Shown here piece after piece: positions 46,682 through 56,500 of a stretch of 64,000 bases of DNA. A model generated the notes under the pieces. It saw only the letters and a program-made list of their open reading frames with translations, searched no databases and had not been told where the DNA came from. Source of the stretch: Chthoniobacterales bacterium (lineage in GTDB: Bacteria; Verrucomicrobiota; Verrucomicrobiia; Chthoniobacterales; Chthoniobacteraceae); the NCBI GenBank assembly GCA_038207335.1, contig JBBQZX010000032.1:1-64000 (forward strand), read 5' to 3'. Each line of letters opens with the position of its first letter. Position 1 is the first letter of the stretch. The position numbers and the translations under genes are program-made.

Positions 46682-47901
46682 GGTTTTTTCTCGGAAATGT
46701 GCGCGCCATCGGACAAGCCGGACGGCGGATCGACGACGACTTTTTCGCCGCCGATCAGCCCGGCGGTAATCGTGGATTCCGCGCCGTCGGTCTGCGAAAC
46801 CGTGACCGCGCGACGCTCGATGCGGCCATCGTTCACGACCCACACAATGTCGCGCCCGTCGCGATTTTGCACCGCCGCTTTCGGCGCCACGACCGCGCTC
46901 TCCGCGGCGTCGACGCTGGCGGGCGCTGCGCTCTGGAAGGCGACTTTCACGCCCATTTCGGGCAGGATTCGCGGATCGAGCTGATCGAATCCCACGCGCA
47001 CTTTCACCGTGGCCTTTTGCCGGTCTGCGGTCGGGATGATCGCGATGACGTGCGCCGGGATGCGCCAGTTGGGATACGCGTCGAGCGTCGCCTCGACCGG
47101 CTGCTGCGACTGGATGCGGTTGATGAAGCTCTCATTCACGTCCACCTCGATCTCGAGCGAACTCATATCGACGATCGTGCAAATGCCAGTGCGGGTGAAA
47201 CCGCCGGACGACATCGGCGAAATCATCTCGCCGGGCTGCGCGTTTTTCGAAGTGACGACGCCGGCAAAAGGCGCGCGGATGATCGCGTCGTCGAGTTGCT
47301 GCTTCCACTGCTCCACCTCGCGTTCGCGGATCGTGATCTCGGATTTCTGCCGCACCAGCCGCGCTTCGAGGCCAAGCGATTCCATCTCCGTTTTCCGCAA
47401 ATCCGAGTCGCTCACCACCTTCGTCTTCGCGAGTTCGCTGAAGCGTTTGAACTCCCGCTGCGCAAAATCGAGGTTCGGCTTCGTCTCCTCCAGCGACGAC
47501 CGCGCGGCATCCGCCTGCGCCTCCGCGAGCCGCAGCCCCGCCTCCACATTCGACGCATCGAGCCGCGCGAGCACCTGCCCCGCGTCCACTTTTTTGCCTT
47601 CCTCCACAAGCACCTCGACGACCTTGCCCGTGACTTTCGACGACACCGTCGCCGCCCGCCGCGCCGTTACATACCCCGAGGCATTCAGCAGCGTCCGCGC
47701 CCCGCCGCTCCCCGCCTGCACCCGCACCACCGCCGTTTGCACCGCCATCGCCCGACTCCCGCGCTGCCACCACGCAAAGGCGACACCGAGCAAAATAAAG
47801 ACGATGAGCAGCGCCGTAACCCACGTCGACTTCGCAGTGCTTGGGGACGCGATGTGCCGCTCAATGCGCAACCCTTCAAGCGTCGGTTTTTCGGAATTCA
47901 T
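46678..47901 (-). CDS. Periplasmic adaptor (MacA/HlyD family membrane fusion protein)
   Basis: N-terminal TM, ASGYV, IRAPFAGVV, IIPTADRQKATVKV. Confidence 0.92.
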   Translation of the reverse strand: MNSEKPTLEGLRIERHIASPSTAKSTWVTALLIVFILLGVAFAWWQRGSRAMAVQTAVVRVQAGSGGARTLLNASGYVTARRAATVSSKVTGKVVEVLVEEGKKVDAGQVLARLDASNVEAGLRLAEAQADAARSSLEETKPNLDFAQREFKRFSELAKTKVVSDSDLRKTEMESLGLEARLVRQKSEITIREREVEQWKQQLDDAIIRAPFAGVVTSKNAQPGEMISPMSSGGFTRTGICTIVDMSSLEIEVDVNESFINRIQSQQPVEATLDAYPNWRIPAHVIAIIPTADRQKATVKVRVGFDQLDPRILPEMGVKVAFQSAAPASVDAAESAVVAPKAAVQNRDGRDIVWVVNDGRIERRAVTVSQTDGAESTITAGLIGGEKVVVDPPSGLSDGAHISEKKP

Positions 47902-48216
47902 GAAAGTGCGGCTGAGCTTGTTCGCGAGGATTGCCCCCGTGCCGACGGATGACAAGGTTACGTCGAAGCGCTCACGCACATTGCTCCCCGACCCATTTCC
48001 GAAGACTCCTCTTGGTTCAGGGGATAGTCAGCGCTCGGGCGCGGTAGAATTCTTGGTCTGCGGGCGCTGGTCTGCGCGCTGGCGGTCACCGCCTAGATAG
48101 GGGTCCAGCCGATCTTTCGTGGCCTCTTATCGGCGCAGGAAAGCAAGTCCTTGCGGCAGCAGCGCGAGGGGAAAACGGCCTCGCGTTGCCAAATGAAAAA
48201 GCGCTACAACTCTTCC

Positions 48217-51200
48217 ATGAAGGCGAGCCGTTTCCCCAACTGCATCGAAGTCCTCGAAGCCCGCATTGCGCCGGCCTCACTCAATGTCGCCGGCGGCGTC
48301 GCCACCTACACCGCAGTCGCGGGAGAGAGCAATGCGTTCGCGCTCTCGATCAATGGGTCGGATCAGTACGTCTTCTCGGACGGGCCAACGATCACGCTTA
48401 CGGCGGCGGCGATCACGTCTGGCTTTACGGGTAGCGGCACGAGCACGGTGAAAGGCCCGAATGCCGCGGTCTCCTCGATCGTTCTCGTTCTCGGCGATCA
48501 GAATGATCAAGTCGCGATCGACGGGCTCGCCGATCCTCTCTCGGTGGACACGGGAACTGGAACCGCGGATTCGATCGTCGTCGCGACCAATGCTCTGACC
48601 GTCAACGGCGCGCTGACCCTCGCCGCGGAGTCGATCACGATCAGCGCGCCGATCAACGCCGCCACGACCGTCCTGCTCGCGGGCGACTCGATCGCCCTCA
48701 ACGCCGCGATCAGTGCGAGCACGAAGGTCACGCTCCAGCCGTTCACAGCGACTGCGGACATCAATCTCGGCGCGGCGGATTCGGCGGGAGTGCTCGGCTT
48801 GACCGATGCGGAACTTGACCGCGTGACCGCTCCTCTTTTGCAAATCGGCGTCACCGCCGGCAGCATCGACATCATCGTGAGTGCGGCGATCTCGCCGGCC
48901 AACGCCAGCACGCTGCGGCTTATCAGCACGGGCTCGATCACCGCGACCGGGAGCGGCAGCATCACGGTCGCGAATCTCGCCGTCACCTCGAAGAATGCCG
49001 TGACGCTCGGCGGCGCGAACAACGTGAGCGTCCTCGCCGGGCAAGTCACGACGAGCGGGCAAAACTTCGCGTTCACCGACGCCACCGGCTTCGCGGTCGG
49101 AACCGTGGACGGGATCGTGGGTATCACCGTTCCGCCGGCTACGGCGATCATTCTTAATGCCGGGCCGGTGACGCAGCAGGCGGGCGCCGGGCTGCACGCG
49201 GGCTTCCTCTCGCTGCTCGGCACGGGGCCGTTCACCCTGACGGAGCCGACCAACGACATTGCCACGATCGGCGCGAACATCGGCGGCGTGCTCAACTACG
49301 TGGACGTGAACGACCTCTTTGTGGGCCTCGTCGCGACGACCAACGGCATCGTGACCTCGAACGACAACGTCTCGCTCACGACCATCGACGGCGACATTCA
49401 CGTGACCGATCAACGCTCCGGCGCGGACATTAACACCGGCGGCGGCGCGACCGTCACGCTCACCGCGGGCAGCGCCGCGGGGCAGGACCGCTCGTTGATC
49501 CTCGATGTGAATGCCGGCGTCACTGGAACGGGCGGGATCACCTTCATCGCGGATCACATGAGCCTCGGGGCGGCGATCAATGCAGGCGTGCAACTTGCGA
49601 CGCTCCGGCCATTTGAACTTGCCACGTCCATCGATCTCGGCGGGGCCGACGCCGCGACCAAACTCGGCCTCACCGACGCGGAGCTCGATTTCATCACCGC
49701 GGACACTTTGAAAATAGGGAGGACGGTCGGCACGCCCATCTTCGTCAGCGGCGCGATCAGCCCCGCGAACACCACCACGCTGTCGCTGCTCAGCGCGACC
49801 AACATCACCGAAGGCGTCGCGGGCTCGGTGCAAATCGCGAACCTCGCGATCGTGGGAAATGGCGTGAACCTCGGCAGCGCCACGAATCAAGTCGGCACCA
49901 TCGCCGGGAGTGCGCCGGGGTCTTTTACCACGGCATTTCTCGTCTCCAGTTCCGTCGCACTGACCGTCGGCACGGTCGATGGAATCTTCGGCATTACGAC
50001 GGCCAGCGGCGGCGTCATCCTCACGGCCGACACGATCACGCTCAACGAAGTGATAATGGCTTCCGGGGCGGTCGCATTGAAGGCCGCGACAGCCGCGCGG
50101 ACGACCAATCTCGGGACCAAATCGGCAGGTTCCCTCAGCTTCACCAGCGGCGAATTGGGGTTCGTCCATGCGCCCACGTTGCGCCTCGGCAGCGCGACGG
50201 CCGGAGCGCTGACCGTGTCTGCGGCGCTCTCTCGAGCGGGTGCGACGGAGCTCATCGCCTCCGGCAGCATCGCAGTCTCCGCCGCGCTGACGCTCGGCAC
50301 CGCGACGTTCACCGCGCCCGTTGTCAATGTCACCAGCGGTGGCTCCCTCACCGCCGCAGGCACCTCCAGCGGCTCGATTAACGTCCTCGCCGGCGGCTCA
50401 CTCGCGCCCGGCGACGGACCGGGCCGCCTGACAGCCACGGACGCCACCTTCGCCGCGACCTCCACCTTCGCCGTCGAACTCAACGGCCCCGTCGCCGGCA
50501 CCCAGCACGACCAATTCACCATTGCGGGCACCGTGAATCTCGGCGGCGCCACGTTCGTCCCGACGCTTGGCTTCCCGGTCGGCCGCGGCGAGGAATTGAT
50601 CATCATCGACCACGGCGGCAACGCCAATCCCGTCATCGGCACCTTCGCCGCCCTCCCGAACGGCGCCATACTCCCCATCGGCGGCGTCCTCTTTTCCATC
50701 AACTACGCCGGCGGCGACGGCAACGACGTCACCCTGACCCCGGTGCCGCTCACCGTCTCGCAGTTGGACGCGAAGACCGTGACTTTCACCGACATCGACG
50801 GCGACCTCGTCACGGTGAAATCGAGCATCGGCGCGTTCGCGGGCGACGGCAGCGAATTCATCGGCGTCGAAACCGGCGCAAATAGCGCGGGTGTGCTCCA
50901 GCAACTCAAGCTCGGCCCCGCCTTCAAAGGCGCGAACCTCACGATCACCGCGAAGCCCACGGTCAATGGCGGCAACGGTTTCGTGAATCTCGGATTCCTC
51001 GATGCCATCGGCGTGGACCTCGGCACGGTCTCCATCGCCGGCGACCTCGGGCGCATCGGCGCGGGCACCGTCGGCGGCGATGTCCACGTTCCCGTCGTGA
51101 AATCGCTCACCGTCCAAAGCTTCGGCCTGCTCGGCACCGCCACGCAGGGCACCGACACCAGCAGCACCAGCGTCCTCCACGGCGCACTGCCGAAATTCAC

Positions 51201-53181
51201 GGTCAAGGACGACTTCCGCGACGCGACCTTCCTCCTCCTCGATGCCGATGGAAAGCTCGGTGCCGTGAGCATCGGCGGCTCGCTCGTCGCCAATGGCTTC
51301 ACCAAAATCAGTGCCGTCGCCGGGATCGGCTCACTCAAAGTCGGCGGTGACATCCGCGCCTCCGCCGGCTCCGGCAGTCCATTGGAAATTGCAAGCGGCG
51401 GCGGAGCCATCGGCGCCATCACCGTTGGCGGCAACATCGTCGGAGCCCCGGGCCTCGGCATCGCGATTAGCGCCTTTGGGCAAACGACCGCACCGGCGCG
51501 CGGCCTCGACCTCGCGCTCAAATCACTCACCGTCAAAGGCAGCGTCGAATTCCTCACCATCGCCGCGGGCGCGGGTGATACCCTCAACGCCGACGCCTCC
51601 ATCGGTGCCATCAGCGTCGGCGGCGATTGGATCGCCAGCAGCGCCGCCGCGGGCGTGAAGCCCAACGCCAACGGCTTCGGCAACAACGACGACGCCCTCT
51701 TCACCGGCGGACGCAACAAAGACACGACCCTCTCCACCATCGGCAGCTTCACCGTGAAAGGCCAGGCCCTCGGCACCAACACCAGCACCACCGACATGTT
51801 CGGCGTCGTCGCCGAGCGCATCGGCAAGGCCAAAGTCGGCGGGCGCACGTTCGCCTTCGTCGCCGACAAAGGCGCGACCCTCCACCGTGAAGCCTTCTTC
51901 GCCGCACCGACCCTCGGTGGCGCGGGCGCGGAAAATCCCGTCTTCGACTTCACCATCCGCGAACTCGGCTCGACCACCCCCACCGTCGCCCTCGCCACCG
52001 ACTTCGACCTCGGCGACGGCAAAACCGTCACCTTCACCGACGTGGACGGCGACCACGTCACCGTCAAGCGCACCGTCGGCGTCTTCACCGCGGGCGACTT
52101 CACCTTCGCCGCCGCCACCCTCTCCGGCGGCGGCCTCCTCACGAGCCTCGCCCTCACCTCCGCGCCCGGCAATCTCACCATCACCGCCAAGCCCGGCCCC
52201 GACGGCGGCAACGGCCTCGTCAACATCACCGAAATCGACGCCACCGGCCTCGACCTTGGCGCGGTCAGCATCGCGGGCGATCTCTTCGGGTTCCTCTCCG
52301 GCAGCGGCAGCAGCGCGCCTGGCCTGAAATCGCTCACCGTCCGCTCGGCCGGGCTGCTCACCGAAGGGGGCACGATCGTCGTCTTCGGCGGCTTGGCGAA
52401 ATTCACCGCCGCCACCGACGTCCGCGGCATCGTCGTCGCCACCGGACGCCTCGGCAGCGCCACCCTCGGCGGCTCCCTCGTCGGCGGGCCGCTCGGGAAT
52501 GGCAAAACCGGCATCCTCCGCGGCCATCTCGGCATCGGCACCGTGAAAATCGCTGGCGACATCCGCAGCAACGACAACGCCAGCTTCTCCTCCGGCCAAG
52601 TCCTCTCCGATGCCGGCGCGCTCGGCAGCGTCAGCATCGGCGGCGACCTCGTCGGCACCGACATCAACCCCGTCCTCATCGCCGGCTTCGGCCAAGCCAA
52701 CGCCCCCGCGCGCGGCGGCGACATCGCCCTCAAGAGCCTCAGCGTCCGGGGCAGCGTCGAAAAAGCCTCCATCCAGGCCGGCATCGACTCTCCAAATGCC
52801 GACGCCTCCATCGGCACCATTACCATCGGCCACGCCTGGCTCGCCAGCAGCGTCCTCGCCGGCATCGAAGCCGGGACCGACAACGCCATCGGCACCTCCG
52901 ACGACCAAAAGATCTTCGGCGGCATGCGCGATCTCGCCGCGCGCTTCTCCAGCATCGCTAGCATCACCATCAAAGGCCAGGCCCTCGGCAGCACCGCCAT
53001 CGGCGACAGCTTCGGCATCGTCGCCGAGCAAATCGGCAAAGCCAAAATCGGCAGCCGCACCTTCCGGCTCGACCGCGGCGAAGGCGACCTCGCCGACACC
53101 TTCGCCCTCTCCCCCACCGGCCCCGGCCCCGCCCCCGACAGCGCCGCCAGCGACTTCTTCCTCCTCGAAATCCCCACCTAG
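48217..53181 (+). CDS. Large secreted beta-strand repeat protein with LEPR-XLL-type N-terminus
   Basis: IEVLEARIAPA; Gly/Thr/Ala-rich; YAGGDGNDVTL; duplicated C-terminal module starting KTVTFTD(I/V)DGD. Confidence 0.88.
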   Translation: MKASRFPNCIEVLEARIAPASLNVAGGVATYTAVAGESNAFALSINGSDQYVFSDGPTITLTAAAITSGFTGSGTSTVKGPNAAVSSIVLVLGDQNDQVAIDGLADPLSVDTGTGTADSIVVATNALTVNGALTLAAESITISAPINAATTVLLAGDSIALNAAISASTKVTLQPFTATADINLGAADSAGVLGLTDAELDRVTAPLLQIGVTAGSIDIIVSAAISPANASTLRLISTGSITATGSGSITVANLAVTSKNAVTLGGANNVSVLAGQVTTSGQNFAFTDATGFAVGTVDGIVGITVPPATAIILNAGPVTQQAGAGLHAGFLSLLGTGPFTLTEPTNDIATIGANIGGVLNYVDVNDLFVGLVATTNGIVTSNDNVSLTTIDGDIHVTDQRSGADINTGGGATVTLTAGSAAGQDRSLILDVNAGVTGTGGITFIADHMSLGAAINAGVQLATLRPFELATSIDLGGADAATKLGLTDAELDFITADTLKIGRTVGTPIFVSGAISPANTTTLSLLSATNITEGVAGSVQIANLAIVGNGVNLGSATNQVGTIAGSAPGSFTTAFLVSSSVALTVGTVDGIFGITTASGGVILTADTITLNEVIMASGAVALKAATAARTTNLGTKSAGSLSFTSGELGFVHAPTLRLGSATAGALTVSAALSRAGATELIASGSIAVSAALTLGTATFTAPVVNVTSGGSLTAAGTSSGSINVLAGGSLAPGDGPGRLTATDATFAATSTFAVELNGPVAGTQHDQFTIAGTVNLGGATFVPTLGFPVGRGEELIIIDHGGNANPVIGTFAALPNGAILPIGGVLFSINYAGGDGNDVTLTPVPLTVSQLDAKTVTFTDIDGDLVTVKSSIGAFAGDGSEFIGVETGANSAGVLQQLKLGPAFKGANLTITAKPTVNGGNGFVNLGFLDAIGVDLGTVSIAGDLGRIGAGTVGGDVHVPVVKSLTVQSFGLLGTATQGTDTSSTSVLHGALPKFTVKDDFRDATFLLLDADGKLGAVSIGGSLVANGFTKISAVAGIGSLKVGGDIRASAGSGSPLEIASGGGAIGAITVGGNIVGAPGLGIAISAFGQTTAPARGLDLALKSLTVKGSVEFLTIAAGAGDTLNADASIGAISVGGDWIASSAAAGVKPNANGFGNNDDALFTGGRNKDTTLSTIGSFTVKGQALGTNTSTTDMFGVVAERIGKAKVGGRTFAFVADKGATLHREAFFAAPTLGGAGAENPVFDFTIRELGSTTPTVALATDFDLGDGKTVTFTDVDGDHVTVKRTVGVFTAGDFTFAAATLSGGGLLTSLALTSAPGNLTITAKPGPDGGNGLVNITEIDATGLDLGAVSIAGDLFGFLSGSGSSAPGLKSLTVRSAGLLTEGGTIVVFGGLAKFTAATDVRGIVVATGRLGSATLGGSLVGGPLGNGKTGILRGHLGIGTVKIAGDIRSNDNASFSSGQVLSDAGALGSVSIGGDLVGTDINPVLIAGFGQANAPARGGDIALKSLSVRGSVEKASIQAGIDSPNADASIGTITIGHAWLASSVLAGIEAGTDNAIGTSDDQKIFGGMRDLAARFSSIASITIKGQALGSTAIGDSFGIVAEQIGKAKIGSRTFRLDRGEGDLADTFALSPTGPGPAPDSAASDFFLLEIPT

Positions 53182-53533
53182 CCGTCCGCCAGCCCGCCGC
53201 CGCGCCGAGATAGGACGCCAACTGCGTTCAGGGATCCTCCAGCCGCTTCTCGATCAGCAAGATGGCGAGGTGCGTGATATGGGCAGGCGGGGGGCTCGCA
53301 AGGGTGTCTCTTTCTGTAAGGAGCACGGATTTTATCTATGGATTCACGCGCTTTTGTTCCAACGTGCGTCGATGATGTTTAGGCGCGCGCCGGTTCTCCT
53401 CGGGCGTGCGCCGGTCCTCTAGCGACGTGAGAGGGTTTTGCAGGGAGAGGGGGTGATTTCAATCCGATCGGTACCGGTGTCAGCGTGCGGGTGCGGGTGG
53501 GCAAGGGGGCGCGGCACTCGCCGTGGGTCTGGC

Positions 53534-56500
53534 TCAAGGGGTGGTCAGGACGCGGGCGCGGTAGAATGCCTGGCCGGGGAGAGGGGTGGGGTCGGTGGCG
53601 GTGGTGTTTTGCCCGGTGGCGGTGACCGTCTGGAGGGCGGTCCAGCCGATGAGTTCGGGACTGCGCTCGAAGGCGTAGCGCAGGCCGGGGACGCTGGACC
53701 AGTTGAGGGTGAAGGTATTCGCGCCTCCGCTGAAGGTGGCGGCTTGCGGGCGCGGCGGGGTGTAGGCGTTGGCCACGCCGGGGGTGGGGGTGTCGAGTGG
53801 GAGGACGGCATCGGGAGCGGCGGCGTGCCAGTGGCCGGAGGTGCGGTCGGTGGTCTGCGCGCCGAAGGTGACGGTGTCGATGACGGTGGCATCGGGCGCG
53901 GTGAGGGTGAGGGTGTCGCCGCTGGCTGAGATTTTAAATGCAACGTGGAGGTCGGGGCGGACGGGAAGGTTGTTTTGGGCGGTCTCGCTGTCGGCCCAGA
54001 CGACGAGGTATCCGCCAGCGGGGACGCTGAAGCCGGCGGGGATGGGGGATGCGGTGCCGCTGTTGCGCAGGGTCCAGCCATCTAGGGAGACGGCGCCGGG
54101 GGTGGGGTTGTAGAGCTCCAGCCAGTCGTCGAAATGGCCGTCGGCGGGGTCGGCGATGAAGGTGCTGTTGCTCGCCATCCATTCGTTGATGCGGATTCCC
54201 GGCCATGCGTTGGCGCCGGTGAAGGTGACGGTGAGTGTGGTGGAGCCGACGGACGCGCCGGAGCGGTCGAGGCCGGTGATGACGAGGGTATTCGCGCCGC
54301 CGCGCAGCAGAACGGAGGTGCTCCAGTCGGTGAGGGAGGCCCATGTCAGCGGGACGGCGACGCCATTTACGGAGATGCCGGTGAGTGCGGTCGGGGCGGT
54401 GCCGGCGATGGAAAGTTGGCCGTTGGTGACGGTCTGGTTGTTCGCGGTGGAGACGGACCACGTCGCGCTGCCGAGGCCGCTCAAGCCGCTTTGGATGACT
54501 GTGCGCTGGCCCGCGATCCAGCTTTTCAAGCTCGACGGATCGGCGACTGCAAGGCCGTCGGCGGTGAATGCGCGAAAGGTGGCGTCGAGCATGGGATTCA
54601 TGGCGACGGGATCGAAGACGCGCGCGGCGATCTCGGAATAGGTGCTCCAGTAGGCGCGGCGAAATGCGGGGTGGCCGAGCAGCGCGAGGAAGTTGGGATC
54701 GGCTGTGCGGCCGGCATTGGCGGGGGTTTGCCAGAATTGGAAGAGGTCGGTCGCGGGCTGGAAATCGTAGCCGAAGACGAGGTTGCGGTCGTATGGGAGG
54801 AGCAGCCAGCGCGCGCCTGGCGGGTGGTAGGCGTACATGTTTTGGCCGTTGCGATTTCCGTAGGAGTCGCCGTTGCCGCAGGCGTGATCGAGCGCGATGA
54901 CGCGGGCCCACTGGTCGAGGTCGAGGAGGGCGTTCACATTCATCGGGAAGGCGGGCGCGCCGGTCTGGGAGGCGAGGGTGGTGAGCTCGAGGATGGGCGA
55001 GTAGTCGCTCCACGATGCGCCTGCGCGCGGGTCCCAGTTCCAGCGAAGGCGCGCGACTTTCGGCACGGTGCTGCCGGTCGCGGGGTCGGTGGTGGTGTAG
55101 AGGCCGAGGGTGCAATACGCGCCGTTGGTTTCCGTCGTGGTTGCGGTGTTGGGCGTCGCCGGTGTGTCGCCGGCTTCAGCCCAGATATTCATGCGGTAGA
55201 GCGGGCCATTCGCGGCGGCGGGGTAGGCGTAGTTCAGGAAGCGCTGGTCGGCCTGCTCGGCGTCTTCCATGAGCGTGCCGTGGCGGTTGCCGTTCATCAT
55301 CCAGACGAAGTAGCGGCGGTGACCGCCCGGGATGCCGAGCCGGTGCGCGGCCCAATAATACGTGCGCTCGTGCTGCAGGTCGGCGTCTGCGAACGGGTCG
55401 TTGCCGGGCGCGCGGAGCTTGCTGAAATCGTCGGTGCCGAGGAACCGGTCGTGCCGCGGGACGTTCATGGTGTAGTGGCCGGGGCCGAGCGTGGGCGTGG
55501 CGTATTGCGGCTTTCCCTGCTTCGCCGCGCTGCCGGAGAAACGAATGTCCGCTCCGTGAATGGCACGCGAATTTCCAACGACGAGCGTGCCGGAGAAGCT
55601 GCTATTTGAAAGGAACGAACCGCTGGTCCAGCGCGCCTGCTCCGCGCTGGTGATCCAGAAGCGCTGCGTGACGAACGCACTCGCCGGAATGCCCTCGCCG
55701 AAGCGCACGAGCGCGAGCGCCGGGTCGCTGAATGCCTGTGCGGAAGCGGCCGCGGAGTCGGTGGCCGCGATATTCCACGCGACGAGCGCGCCCGCGGACT
55801 GTCCCGGAATCGTCCCCGTGAAAATGCCGTCGCCGGCGAGCGTGTCTCCGCCGGTCCCGTCGTCTTTCATCGCGATATTCGTGAAGGTCGCGGATGGGTC
55901 GAGCCGCCACGAAAGTGTGCGCGCAGCGACGCCGTCGGGATCGTCGAAACGCGCCGTGACACGCACCGGCTCGCCCGCCGCGGGCAGGACCGGAGTCGCG
56001 GCGATGTCGTAGATGGCGGGACCGATATTCGCCACGGCGCGGGTGTTCGGAGCGCCGGGAGTGCCGCCCGATGAGGGGACGGGGAGCGCGGCGCTGAGTT
56101 CGTGCCAGTTGCCCTCCAGTCGCAGCAGGAGATCGCGCGAACCTGCGAGCCAGCGGGCGCGGGCGCGAATCGTGCAGGTGCTTCCCTGCGGAATCGCGCT
56201 CGTGAGGATCGTCTGCACGCGGTTGGCGATATTGTCCCCACCGGAGGTCGCGCGGAGATGCAGCGCGCCGCCGCCACCGAAGCCCGCGCCCGCCGCGGAC
56301 GCGCCGGAGCCGCTGTGCGTGCCGAGCGCCGTGTAGCCGGAGGCGCCGCTGTCGAGGGAAGAATTTCCCACGAGATTCGCGCCCCCGTTCACCGTGACTT
56401 CGATGTCGTCGAGCAGGCATTCGCCTTCGCCGCCGAGCATGATTTCGAGGCGGTTGATCGCGCTGTCGCCGCCCGCCTGCTGCCCGAGATCGATCTTCCC

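Noticed and set aside
48277..53177. Long minus-strand ORFs (630, 824, 502 aa) opposite the LEPR-XLL gene
   Set aside because: Shadow ORFs caused by codon bias; no motifs
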